From a virus: 64,000 bases of DNA. Where the stretch lies: positions 4,022-68,021 of IMG/VR virus record IMGVR_UViG_3300010396_000048, one strand, 5' to 3'. Below, piece by piece: positions 1 through 8,183 of this stretch; position 1 is the stretch's first letter, and each line of letters opens with the position of its first letter. The translations under genes were made by a program, and so were the position numbers. The notes under the pieces were generated by a model. It made no database searches and was not told the DNA's origin. It saw only the letters and a list, made by a program, of their open reading frames with translations.

Positions 1-170
1 TCCGCCGCTTCCACCATTTGCTCCGTAACGGCTGGCGAGGCTCGCTCGGCATCGCGCTTTGCTTGCCACTCTGCTCCAGCCACGAAGGCGCGTTCCAGGT
101 GCGGCGCTCGCGCAATGGTTTCGCGTTCCAGCATCGCGTAGGTCAACGCCGCTTCTCTCGCGTCATCCAT
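1..170 (-). CDS. Phage hypothetical protein, partial (runs off the left edge)
   Basis: Manual translation MDDAREAALTYAMLERE...VTEQMVEAA; overlaps the stop of 163..456 and shares its VTE.MV.AA motif. Confidence 0.6.
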   Translation of the reverse strand, partial: MDDAREAALTYAMLERETIARAPHLERAFVAGAEWQAKRDAERASPAVTEQMVEAA

Positions 171-456
171 GCTCAACCCTCGCTTTCTCTGCTGCTTCTA
201 GCGCAGCGCGCATCGGTTTCGGTTGCAGGCAAAGGTCGTCGTCGTCGCAGGCTGCGTAATAAGCATCCCGCGCGGCGTCAACCATCGCCTCTGTCACCTC
301 TCGCGGTTCTGACAGAGCATCGGTAAAGCCGAGAATGTAGGCTTCGCGAGCGCAACGAACGATTTCCGGATACCGTTCGGTATAGGTCTTTCCGTAGTGG
401 TACTCAGACATTGGATACGCCTGTTTGGCCCGCTCTTTGCCGCGCTCTTGGCTCAT
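163..456 (-). CDS. Phage hypothetical protein
   Basis: 97-aa ORF coupled by 4-bp overlap to the upstream gene. Confidence 0.7.
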   Translation of the reverse strand: MSQERGKERAKQAYPMSEYHYGKTYTERYPEIVRCAREAYILGFTDALSEPREVTEAMVDAARDAYYAACDDDDLCLQPKPMRAALEAAEKARVEHG

Positions 457-938
457 ACCGGTTCCTTTCCGTGAAGGATGCGACGAATAGCGCCAGATGG
501 AACGGGGACACTATCGCAGGTAGCTGCGTGTAAGTTTGATATGGCGTTCTCGTGTTCGATGCAGTACGCAACTGAAGCCGCGATCTTGCCGCGCAGTCGC
601 TCGTTCTCCGTAGCCAGGGATTCGAGAGCATCGGCTGCTTCCGTAAGCGTTGCCCAATCCGTCTTTTCGTAGACCGGCTCGCGGTCTTCAACGACGGCGA
701 GTTGGCCTTCTGTCAGCGTTGCCGCCCAACCCGAAAAGATATAGTCAGGCTCTCGGCCTAGAAGCCGCTGGAAGGCTTCGGATACCGCGTCCCTCATTGG
801 GCAATCGGACGCTGGCGCAAGCAGGTTGCGTGGAATCTCACCGACCTTGCACGACCATACGGCTGCGTCGGGGTTCGGTTCTTGCGGGATTCTAAGCGCG
901 CGAATCCGCGCTACGAGGTCCGCGACGTTATCGGCCAT
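453..938 (-). CDS. Phage hypothetical protein
   Basis: 161-aa ORF with GGAG RBS; C-terminal coiled segment AADALESLATENERLR typical of phage early proteins. Confidence 0.75.
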   Translation of the reverse strand: MADNVADLVARIRALRIPQEPNPDAAVWSCKVGEIPRNLLAPASDCPMRDAVSEAFQRLLGREPDYIFSGWAATLTEGQLAVVEDREPVYEKTDWATLTEAADALESLATENERLRGKIAASVAYCIEHENAISNLHAATCDSVPVPSGAIRRILHGKEPV

Positions 939-1077
939 CGGGTGTCTCCAATATGCTAATCACGAGGTCGCGCTCCGCCCGAGTTAACTTCACGCTGCGG
1001 TACTCGATGATGCCCTTGCGGCTAACAATCGGCGCGCGTCGCAGTTTGCGGAGGATGCGCTTTACGGGTTCAGTCAC
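928..1077 (-). CDS. Small basic hypothetical protein (49 aa)
   Basis: Manual translation MTEPVKRILRKLRRAPIVSRKGIIEYRSVKLTRAERDLVISILETPDGR; fills the gap in the operon. Confidence 0.55.
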   Translation of the reverse strand: MTEPVKRILRKLRRAPIVSRKGIIEYRSVKLTRAERDLVISILETPDGR

Positions 1078-1104
1078 GCTCTCGCCTCGCTCATTCGCTT
1101 GCCC

Positions 1105-1404
1105 TCATCCACGGTATTGAATCTCCTCTCGAATCTCGTTGGCTATGTCGATGCTGGTTTGCATCTCGCGCAACGAACGCTGCAGATGCTTTAGGGCCTC
1201 GTTTGGGCCACGCAGTTTCATGAACTCGGTGTCTCGAATCTCATAGGTCGTCCACCTATTGCTGCAGTCAGCGTTGGCGCACTTGCGGCGGCGCCGCACA
1301 TGCTCGCGGGCCTCGCGGGAGTCGATGACCGCCGACTCGGGACAGCCGCACTCGTCACAAGCGGCGCTGGTTCCCCGGCGCTTGCCCTCATCCGATGGAG
1401 TCAT
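1105..1404 (-). CDS. NrdR-like N-terminal zinc-ribbon protein (no ATP cone)
   Basis: CDECGCPESAVIDSR...VRRRRKC...C..RWTTYE matches the NrdR N-terminal pattern C..C....S.VIDSR....RRRR.C..C..RFTTYE; start moved to the ATGA-overlap ATG at 1404. Confidence 0.8.
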   Translation of the reverse strand: MTPSDEGKRRGTSAACDECGCPESAVIDSREAREHVRRRRKCANADCSNRWTTYEIRDTEFMKLRGPNEALKHLQRSLREMQTSIDIANEIREEIQYRG

Positions 1405-1589
1405 GCTCGACACCGCGGATGATTGCCGAGGCAGTCCGTGGCGCTCTCGTGGCCCTGAGGGCGACCGCATCCGCAAAGCGGCAGCGTCGAGCCCGTTACC
1501 ATGACAGGGACGTAACCCGGCCCGCAGGTGCATGACGCGACCCATCCAGCCCAAACTTTTCCGCAACGCGGGCAAATCCACGGTTCCAT
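1401..1589 (-). CDS. Small Cys-rich zinc-ribbon protein
   Basis: MEPWICPRCGKVWAGWVASCTC... (W.CP.CG.V.....C.C pattern common in phages). Confidence 0.65.
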   Translation of the reverse strand: MEPWICPRCGKVWAGWVASCTCGPGYVPVMVTGSTLPLCGCGRPQGHESATDCLGNHPRCRA

Positions 1590-1594
1590 CTTGG

Positions 1595-1957
1595 TTACGC
1601 CGGGACCAGCGTGTGCGCGGCGATGAAGGCTCGGATGCGCTCCGCTACCGCGTGAGGGTTTCGCTCCCATTCCGAGTACGCAAAGAGATGGAACAACTCA
1701 TACGCATCGGCCAACGCTATTTCATAGAACGACTCGACGGCGTTCCAATTCACCAGCGATGCGCCGTAGCAGGGCACCTCGCCGCGCCTAAAGTCTCTGA
1801 GTCGTAGCCCCTCGGCGTTGTGCGCCGCATCCTGGCAGGCGTGGCCGATGACGCACGCGGTGGTCCCGCACTTCCAGATTGCGAGGTCTACGGCTGCAGG
1901 GTCGAGCCGGTCGGCGAGATCGGCGGTCATCTTGAGGCGACGAATGTTTGGCATCAC
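1595..1957 (-). CDS. Phage hypothetical protein (CGTTAC.IG motif family)
   Basis: C-terminal part of track ORF 1595..2164; GGAGG RBS before GTG/ATG at 1957/1954. Confidence 0.75.
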   Translation of the reverse strand: MMPNIRRLKMTADLADRLDPAAVDLAIWKCGTTACVIGHACQDAAHNAEGLRLRDFRRGEVPCYGASLVNWNAVESFYEIALADAYELFHLFAYSEWERNPHAVAERIRAFIAAHTLVPA

Positions 1958-2706
1958 GCCGCCTCCAATAGTTCGATCAGCACGTCCGCCATGCGCGAAT
2001 ACGCCGCGCTCCACGCCGCGCCCGCCGCGCTCTCCGCGCTCTCCGCGCTCTCCGCCGCGCTCGCCGCGCTCTCCGCGCTCTCCGCCGCGCTCATCGCCGC
2101 GCTCATCGCCGCGCTCATCGCCGCGCTCCTCGCCTCGCTCCTCGCCGCGCTCGCCGCGCTCCACGCCGCGCTCCTCGCCGCGCTCGCCGCGCTCGCCGCG
2201 CTCCTCGCCTCGCTCGCCGCGCTCGCCGCGCTCATCGCCGCGCTCCTCGCCGCGCTCGCATCCATCGGGTCGCCCTTAGCCCAGGCCGCAACGAGCGCCG
2301 CAACATCCGAAACAGCCTGCTTCACCAGCGGATGGTTGATGCCAGGACTTATCGTTTCGTCAGTCAGTATTCGGTGTAAAAACTGCCATTGAACGGCCCC
2401 CAGGTCCGCTCCGGGTCGAATCGCGCCCATAAACCGCAACGGAAACTGTTTGGCAGCACCGTTGGGCAGCCCCTCAAAGAGCGTATCTTCGAGGTACGCG
2501 AGCGGTGCGGGAATCCCAAACAGAGCCTCATATCGCGAATGGTCCGAGTCGTGAATAGTGCAGCCGATGGCGCAGCCCTTGCCGTGCTCCCAATACTGAC
2601 CTTTGACGATCTCGTCGGCGGCAGCATGCAGGCGAAGTTGTTCGAGGATTGCGTCTTTTTCCACTTGCGAATCGTGATAGGCGATGAGTTTGGTTGCCGT
2701 CATCAT
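1954..2706 (-). CDS. Phage protein with Ala/Ser-rich (AAWSAA-type) C-terminal repeat
   Basis: AAGGA RBS before ATGATG at 2706; YWEHGKGCAIGC domain followed by SAASAARSAAWSAA repeats. Confidence 0.8.
   Translation of the reverse strand: MMTATKLIAYHDSQVEKDAILEQLRLHAAADEIVKGQYWEHGKGCAIGCTIHDSDHSRYEALFGIPAPLAYLEDTLFEGLPNGAAKQFPLRFMGAIRPGADLGAVQWQFLHRILTDETISPGINHPLVKQAVSDVAALVAAWAKGDPMDASAARSAAMSAASAASEARSAASAASAARSAAWSAASAARSEARSAAMSAAMSAAMSAAESAESAASAAESAESAESAAGAAWSAAYSRMADVLIELLEAA
2002..2258. repeat. Degenerate 9/12-bp tandem repeat (CCGCGCTC core) encoding the Ala/Ser tract
   Basis: Many copies of ccgcgctct / ccgcgctcatcg / ccgcgctcctcg visible directly. Confidence 0.9.
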
Positions 2707-2734
2707 TTCGTTCCTTTCGATTGCGGTGCAGGCG

Positions 2735-3133
2735 TCATGCCCACCGCTTTCCGACGTGGCAGTGACCTTGCGAGCAACGGTAAGCGTGGCAGGTTCGTCC
2801 CCGCGTGGACGCCGCCGAGTCGGCCTCCTGCATCGTTGCAAAGTGCTTTTTGGGTGAGCCATCTTTGCTCGAACATTCTCGGATTGACGACACCCACGAC
2901 CCATCGGGAGCGTAGTGGTGCGTTGCAATAATCGCAGCAATACGCTGACTGCTCAACGGGTGCGCGATCGACCGCTGCCCAGGCTTTAGCCCTGTGTGCC
3001 GCGTCGCAACCGTCCAAGGATGCTTCGCCTTCGCGTGATTGACGTAAGGGCGCACCCATCCTGGGCGCCGATGGTCGTGGTAGTCCCACCGGAGCAGCGC
3101 ATGGCATTCGACGCAGGAGAACCGGCCTTCCAC
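2735..3133 (-). CDS. Cys/His-rich hypothetical protein
   Basis: 132-aa ORF in operon; C..C at the N-terminus and AYRCSQGHCHVG at the C-terminus. Confidence 0.6.
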   Translation of the reverse strand: MEGRFSCVECHALLRWDYHDHRRPGWVRPYVNHAKAKHPWTVATRHTGLKPGQRSIAHPLSSQRIAAIIATHHYAPDGSWVSSIRECSSKDGSPKKHFATMQEADSAASTRGRTCHAYRCSQGHCHVGKRWA

Positions 3134-3148
3134 TATCTTGCGGGGCGC

Positions 3149-3391
3149 TCACGGGGAATACGGGTGCTCCAAAAGTTCGGCGATGCGGCTCAAGGACTCA
3201 GCCCAATGCGAATTTAGGTAACGCGCCAGGCTCTCGCGCGCTCCGGCAACAGGCTTTGGCGATCCGCCGCGACCATAGTTTCGCTTCGCCGCCAAACGTT
3301 CGCGCAAGCATGGTCGGCAGACCCAATACGGACTGTCCGGGCGACCAGCTCGCTCCTTGACTCGTCCGCAGCGGCAGATGGGATCCGTCAC
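3149..3391 (-). CDS. Small zinc-ribbon protein
   Basis: GTG start overlapping the upstream stop; CRCG...VCRPC. Confidence 0.55.
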   Translation of the reverse strand: MTDPICRCGRVKERAGRPDSPYWVCRPCLRERLAAKRNYGRGGSPKPVAGARESLARYLNSHWAESLSRIAELLEHPYSP

Positions 3392-3627
3392 GTCGCTGAA
3401 TCTCCGAATAGCGTCGGGCTTGCCAGCGAGCCCCAGGAGCCGTCCGCGCGGAGTCCTTCGAGGCAGGCGCAGCCCTTCACGCGGCACTTCGATTCGCTAC
3501 GCTTAAGCGAATACGAATGCTGAATGTCGTGGTGCCCGCAAAGGCACGCGACGACCGGAACCTGGCCGCACTCGTACTCGCGCACCTCGACGACAAGGCC
3601 GCCCATAAACACGTCTCCGACCTTCAC
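3388..3627 (-). CDS. Small Cys/His-rich protein
   Basis: GAGGAG RBS, GTG at 3627; CLCGH....H.....C....C.C motif. Confidence 0.6.
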   Translation of the reverse strand: MKVGDVFMGGLVVEVREYECGQVPVVACLCGHHDIQHSYSLKRSESKCRVKGCACLEGLRADGSWGSLASPTLFGDSAT

Positions 3628-3694
3628 TCGTTGCTCCTCGGTGAAGGCTGCGGCGTTGCGATCGCCACGAGGACAGCGAGGATGACGGCGCTCG

Positions 3695-3925
3695 TCATTC
3701 TTGCCCCATCGCGCGACGGTACGCGGCCTGCTCATCTTCCGGCGAGAAAACTCCAGCCGCCAATCGCGGACCCTGGAAGGCGTGAAACTCCCCGCCGACC
3801 CCCAACCCTTCCCACGGTCGCGCGCAATCGCCGCACAGTTGCGTATCATTGAATGGCTGGTGCGACGAATACGGATGACCGCACCCGGACGCCGAACAAA
3901 TACCAGCCTTCTCGTTGTCGCTCAC
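3695..3925 (-). CDS. Small Cys/His-rich protein
   Basis: GTG at 3925; C....CGH....H........C..C motif. Confidence 0.55.
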   Translation of the reverse strand: MSDNEKAGICSASGCGHPYSSHQPFNDTQLCGDCARPWEGLGVGGEFHAFQGPRLAAGVFSPEDEQAAYRRAMGQE

Positions 3926-4284
3926 CCCTTCACCGATGCCTTTCCGCGCTCCGTGCGCTGCGTAGATGATGTGGTCATGCGGCTCGGCGTTTCTTTGCAA
4001 ACAGTTCCATTAGGCGCTCGAACTCATCGGCATGCCGCGTCGCAATCGGCGTTTCCGGCCTGGTTGTATTCGGCTACTTATGCTTACCAATCCATCGCCG
4101 TCCGATTTTGCGTTTATAACGGCGCCCGCACCGCATCCGAATCTTTCGGCGCGCTTCACTTGCCGCTGCCATCTCGGGAGTAACGCCCAAAAGGCCGGCT
4201 AAGAATCCAACTTCGCGCGTCGATACGGCTTGAAGCGTTTTCACGGCTTCACCACGGGCCAGGGGATCGCAGTTGTCATGCGGT

Positions 4285-5157
4285 TTATCCGAACAGCGCT
4301 GGCGAATCGCGCTCGATCACGGCCGCCTCAAGATTACCAACAGCCTGCTCGAAGTACGATTCCTTGAGTTCGACCCCAACGAACCGCCGACGCATCTTGA
4401 CCGCGACATACCCTTCGCTGCCGATGCCGGCGAACGGAGACAGCACCACGTCGCCAGGATTAGACCAAAGCATCGTGGCGCGTTCGATCACGTCTAGTTG
4501 CAACGGCGCGATGTGGCGCTCGTCTTTCTCGTCGCGTGCCGAGTCACGTTGAAGCGTTCGGCTGGCGTTAATATCCATCCAGACCGGAGAAGCGTATCGC
4601 TGCCAAAGATCGACCGGGAAATCCTCTGCGCGATGCGCTACGGGTTGCGGATTGTCGCCCGGCTTGCGAACGGTTATGAGGTAGTCGGGGATGCCCTGGC
4701 GCGACATTGCCGAGTCTTTCTTGAGCTGCTTCCACAGTAGCCCTAAAGCCTTGGTGCGTTGCATCGCCGTCACCGGATCTTTCCAAATGCAGACGCCCGA
4801 ATGATAGATGAACCCGCCGTCCGAGAACGAGCGGAGCAGATCACCACGAAAGTCGTAGAGCCCGATGACCCCGTCCCGCGTTTTGCTTGTCGGCAGGTCC
4901 ATGCAATGGAAACTCAGATTGCGGCCGGGCATCATCACGCGATAGAGTTCCGCCACCAAAAATCGGAAGTGCTCGAAGAACTCCTTGGCGTCCTTACAGT
5001 TGCCCATGTCGCGATCGGAGGCAGAATAGGTGTAGAGGCTCGCGAAGGGTGGGCTAAAGATCGAGTAGCCGACCGAATCATCCGGCAGTTCACGCAAGAC
5101 TTCAATGCAGTCCCCGCGATACAAGGCGTAATCGTCGGTTACGATGCGGTCAGCCAC
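4285..5157 (-). CDS. DNA methyltransferase, N4/N6 beta class (SPPF motif, probably N4-cytosine)
   Basis: GDCIEVL, FSPPF (motif IV), H.APLQ, VLSPFAGIGSEG (motif I), GVELK..YF. Confidence 0.92.
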   Translation of the reverse strand: MADRIVTDDYALYRGDCIEVLRELPDDSVGYSIFSPPFASLYTYSASDRDMGNCKDAKEFFEHFRFLVAELYRVMMPGRNLSFHCMDLPTSKTRDGVIGLYDFRGDLLRSFSDGGFIYHSGVCIWKDPVTAMQRTKALGLLWKQLKKDSAMSRQGIPDYLITVRKPGDNPQPVAHRAEDFPVDLWQRYASPVWMDINASRTLQRDSARDEKDERHIAPLQLDVIERATMLWSNPGDVVLSPFAGIGSEGYVAVKMRRRFVGVELKESYFEQAVGNLEAAVIERDSPALFG

Positions 5158-6494
5158 GCGGGTACCTCTACTTTCGGATGGGCATAGTCACTGCGGATGG
5201 GAGCGTTTTCGTTGAAGCCGAGCATCGACTCGGCAACCATCGCGGCGCGCATCCGCTCTGCGTCCCGCTCCTTGCGCTTGAGATTTTCCAGAACGCTGCG
5301 CTCGCGTTCGGTCAGGACGAGGTGGCACTCGACGGGCCGCGTTTGCCCGAAGCGCCAACAACGCCGAATAGCCTGGTAAAACTGCTCCCACGAGTCCGTT
5401 ACGGACGCGAACATCATCTTGTGGCAGACCTGGAAATTCATTCCGAGCCCGGCGATCTTGGGTTTCGTGAGGAGAACGCGGATGCGCCCATGCGCGAAGT
5501 CGATCAGGCGACGTTCCTTTGCGTCGCGATCGTCCGAGCCGCGAATCTCCACGGCGTCCGGAATGCGTGCGCGAATCGCGTCGGCCTCGGCGTTGAGATC
5601 ACACCATATCAGCCACGGTCCATCGCCTTGTACCGTTTCCGCCACGCGGTCTGCCCGAATCTCGATACCCTCGCTACGCGCCTGCCGGCGCTCCACCAAG
5701 CCCTGCGCGGGCATGGCAAACAACATCCCTTCGGTCGTCGTGCCGGATTCGAGCAGGTGCTCGACCATCCGCAACTCCGGCAGATCGTATCGTGAATCAT
5801 CGAAGCCGAGATCGCTAGGCTTCTGCATCACAACCGCCCACAATGCCACCCACCGCCAGAACGCAGTCTCGGCGTGACCCTTAAGTCTCCACTTTTGCGT
5901 ATCGCCGCCGTCATGAACGAAGTACGTCGCGAGCATCTCAACCGCCGAGAGAATCCCAAGGAACTCGGCATGGTTGCCTAACTCCATCGTATCGTTCGGA
6001 GCGGGCGTAGCCGTGCAGCACAGACGGTATGGGGTGCGCGAGAACGCCTCGGTCAATGATCGGCGCGTCTTGCCATCGACCGACTTAAGAATGCTCGACT
6101 CGTCCAGGACGACGCCAGCAAAGCGTGAGGCGCTGAACCGATCGAGGCGGTCGTAGTTCGTGATATTTAGACCAGGGCGCAGGTCGCGTTCCTCTTTGCA
6201 GAGCGTTACCGTTTCGCCAAGGAGGGCGGCTTCTTCGACCGTCTGCTGCGCCACAGCCAGCGGAGCCAAGATGAGTACGTCGCCGGCTTTCTGCACGACG
6301 TTAGCGCCCCAGGAAACTTGCATCGCCGTTTTGCCGAGTCCGGTATTGGCGAAGATCGCCGCACGCCCGCGACGCAAGGCCCACCGTACAATCGCCTTCT
6401 GGAAATCGAATAAGCGGTCGTGGAGTATCTCTCCGTTGAATCCGGTCGCTTCCGCAGCACGCTGTTTGCGCGCTAAAAACTCCGCGTAGTTCAA
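5139..6494 (-). CDS. SNF2-like/superfamily II helicase
   Basis: LFDFQ, TGLGKT (Walker A), LDESS (Walker B variant), TATPAPND, QAIRRCWRFGQ (motif VI). Confidence 0.92.
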   Translation of the reverse strand: MNYAEFLARKQRAAEATGFNGEILHDRLFDFQKAIVRWALRRGRAAIFANTGLGKTAMQVSWGANVVQKAGDVLILAPLAVAQQTVEEAALLGETVTLCKEERDLRPGLNITNYDRLDRFSASRFAGVVLDESSILKSVDGKTRRSLTEAFSRTPYRLCCTATPAPNDTMELGNHAEFLGILSAVEMLATYFVHDGGDTQKWRLKGHAETAFWRWVALWAVVMQKPSDLGFDDSRYDLPELRMVEHLLESGTTTEGMLFAMPAQGLVERRQARSEGIEIRADRVAETVQGDGPWLIWCDLNAEADAIRARIPDAVEIRGSDDRDAKERRLIDFAHGRIRVLLTKPKIAGLGMNFQVCHKMMFASVTDSWEQFYQAIRRCWRFGQTRPVECHLVLTERERSVLENLKRKERDAERMRAAMVAESMLGFNENAPIRSDYAHPKVEVPAWLTAS

Positions 6495-6552
6495 TTTACG
6501 GTCCAGGGGATAGGCGCAGAGAAGGGATGCGCGTGAGGGGCGTACAGGATAC

Positions 6553-7143
6553 TCATTTGCGAATCAACTCCTTCGCGTAATCGAGCATTACCAACTTGCC
6601 GCCGAGCACCGCGCAGCCGTCAGGTATTGGGTCACCCGGGCGCCATGCGGCGAGCACCGACTCTCGCGATGGAGTTGCCGTGCGTGTGCCACCCGGCACG
6701 GCGTCGGGTGTCAGTGGCCGCGCCGCGCCGACGCTTCCAAGACGCTTTGCGGCTGGCACTTCTTGGCGTTGCTTGACGACGACGATCGCTAAACGGTGAC
6801 CGCCCTCGGGTGCATAGCAAACGCTGGAAACAAACGGCGTCGCGAGCGAATCGTCATCCCACACGCCCGCGGCCGTCAACGCATCAAGTTCGCATTTGCC
6901 CTGGTTGGAAGCGTCCCCACGACGACGGGTGACGACGTAGCGGACGATCATCGCGAAGCACTCGCAGCTCGCCTTCTGCCATCCGATCCGGGCCATCTCG
7001 GCTTCCGCCGCGGTCTTGACGTCGGCAAAGAGTCGTTTGTAGGCGTCGGACTTCTTGCCGGCGCGATGGCCGTTTGCACCGACACTGTTGACCGAGGCAT
7101 ACCGGCTTCCGAGCGGCACGGAGATCGCAAGCACGTCGCTCAC
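6553..7143 (-). CDS. rusA: RusA-like Holliday junction resolvase
   Basis: SVN..., RRGDASNQGKCELDALTAAGVWDDDS matches RusA D.DN..K...DAL..AG...DD. Confidence 0.8.
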   Translation of the reverse strand: MSDVLAISVPLGSRYASVNSVGANGHRAGKKSDAYKRLFADVKTAAEAEMARIGWQKASCECFAMIVRYVVTRRRGDASNQGKCELDALTAAGVWDDDSLATPFVSSVCYAPEGGHRLAIVVVKQRQEVPAAKRLGSVGAARPLTPDAVPGGTRTATPSRESVLAAWRPGDPIPDGCAVLGGKLVMLDYAKELIRK

Positions 7144-7277
7144 GCAGGGCCCTCCGGCAAGCGACGAAAGCGCTCTAGCTCGGCCTCGGCTTCCTTACGC
7201 GCTTCTTCTTCGCTACATCCGAATGAGCCATAGACCGTTACACCACGAAAGGAGGTGATCGTCACGATGTCACTCAC
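7140..7277 (-). CDS. Small hypothetical protein (45 aa)
   Basis: GGAG RBS and GTG overlapping the upstream stop; MSDIVTITSFRG... Confidence 0.55.
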   Translation of the reverse strand: MSDIVTITSFRGVTVYGSFGCSEEEARKEAEAELERFRRLPEGPA

Positions 7278-7681
7278 GATGCCTTCTCCCGAACGAGCGG
7301 ACGCGACGGCGGAAGTCTCCGTGCAATCCCAACTTTGCTCGCCATATTGATCGCTTTGAATGCCGTGAACTCGCGCTTTAGCGGCACACGGACCCGATCG
7401 CCGTGCCGATCGTATTCCTCGTGGCAATCGCGGCACGCCGTGAGCCCCACGATGGCTTCGAAGCGGATGGATGGCGGCAAGTGCGGACGCCCGTAAATAT
7501 GCGCTGCGTCCAGCGGGTTGCACGGATCGCCCTTGATGCCGTGCTCGACGTAACGAGATCCATCCCACCGCTCCATGCGGCAACGATGACCGTCGCGTTC
7601 CTTGACGTTCCGGGAGAAAGCAGCATCGAGCGCTGCTCCGTTGAAGGTTGCCGTCTTGCGACGCGCGCGCATCTGTTTCAT
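7274..7681 (-). CDS. HNH/NinG-like nuclease
   Basis: ERDGHRC...DAAHIYGR...RF...GLTACRDCH. Confidence 0.75.
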   Translation of the reverse strand: MKQMRARRKTATFNGAALDAAFSRNVKERDGHRCRMERWDGSRYVEHGIKGDPCNPLDAAHIYGRPHLPPSIRFEAIVGLTACRDCHEEYDRHGDRVRVPLKREFTAFKAINMASKVGIARRLPPSRPLVREKAS

Positions 7682-8016
7682 GCCGACGCCGCCTGCATGA
7701 CCTTCGCCCATCGGAGTAACCCCTCGAAGGTAAGGAATATGGGGATACCGATTCGCACGGCTTCGGCTTGCTCGATGTCGGCGCCGCGACTCTTACCAGG
7801 CAACCGCAAGAAGGCATCGCACGCCGGCAAAAACGCAAGATCGATTTTCATCCAATCTTCCCACGGACGTGGGGTCATTGTGTGCCAGAAGTGCGAAATA
7901 TGCGGAACGAACGGCACCAAGCCAGCATCGAGCAGTTGATTTCCGGCGACAATCGCGTTGTGCGTATTCTCGCAAGGATCCCCGTAGCTATACGGTCCGC
8001 TGACGTAAACTTTCAC
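7678..8016 (-). CDS. Nucleoside 2-deoxyribosyltransferase-like (DUF4406-type) protein
   Basis: KVYVSGPY...PFVPH...WMKIDLAFLPACDA.LRLPG.SRGADIE...A...GIP. Confidence 0.8.
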   Translation of the reverse strand: MKVYVSGPYSYGDPCENTHNAIVAGNQLLDAGLVPFVPHISHFWHTMTPRPWEDWMKIDLAFLPACDAFLRLPGKSRGADIEQAEAVRIGIPIFLTFEGLLRWAKVMQAASA

Positions 8017-8183
8017 GCCACACCTTTCTCGCGTTTGGAAAAACAAGTCCGACACATGTGCTTCATCCCGTTGGCAGTTCGCACGGTCCGCATGCTCGAC
8101 GGCGACGCTTGCGCCGGGCATGTCACGCAGGTTTCACTTCGATCGCTACGACGCCGCAGTGTGAGCCCATACCCCACCGTCAT
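8013..8183 (-). CDS. Small zinc-ribbon protein
   Basis: C..C...C..C; ATGA overlap with the upstream gene. Confidence 0.55.
   Translation of the reverse strand: MTVGYGLTLRRRSDRSETCVTCPAQASPSSMRTVRTANGMKHMCRTCFSKREKGVA

Noticed and set aside
2002-2258. Possible CRISPR array or DGR template/variable repeat
   Set aside because: No unique spacers, no cas or reverse transcriptase gene; units are in-frame coding repeats
4074-4076. Stop-codon reassignment (TAG recoding) in this phage
   Set aside because: Only one apparent internal TAG; many genes end cleanly in TAG, structural genes are uninterrupted in the standard code, and no suppressor tRNA seen
4285-6494. Helicase plus methyltransferase as a restriction or defence system
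   Set aside because: This SNF2-like helicase/N4-N6 methylase pair is common in phage early regions; no nuclease or specificity subunit adjacent
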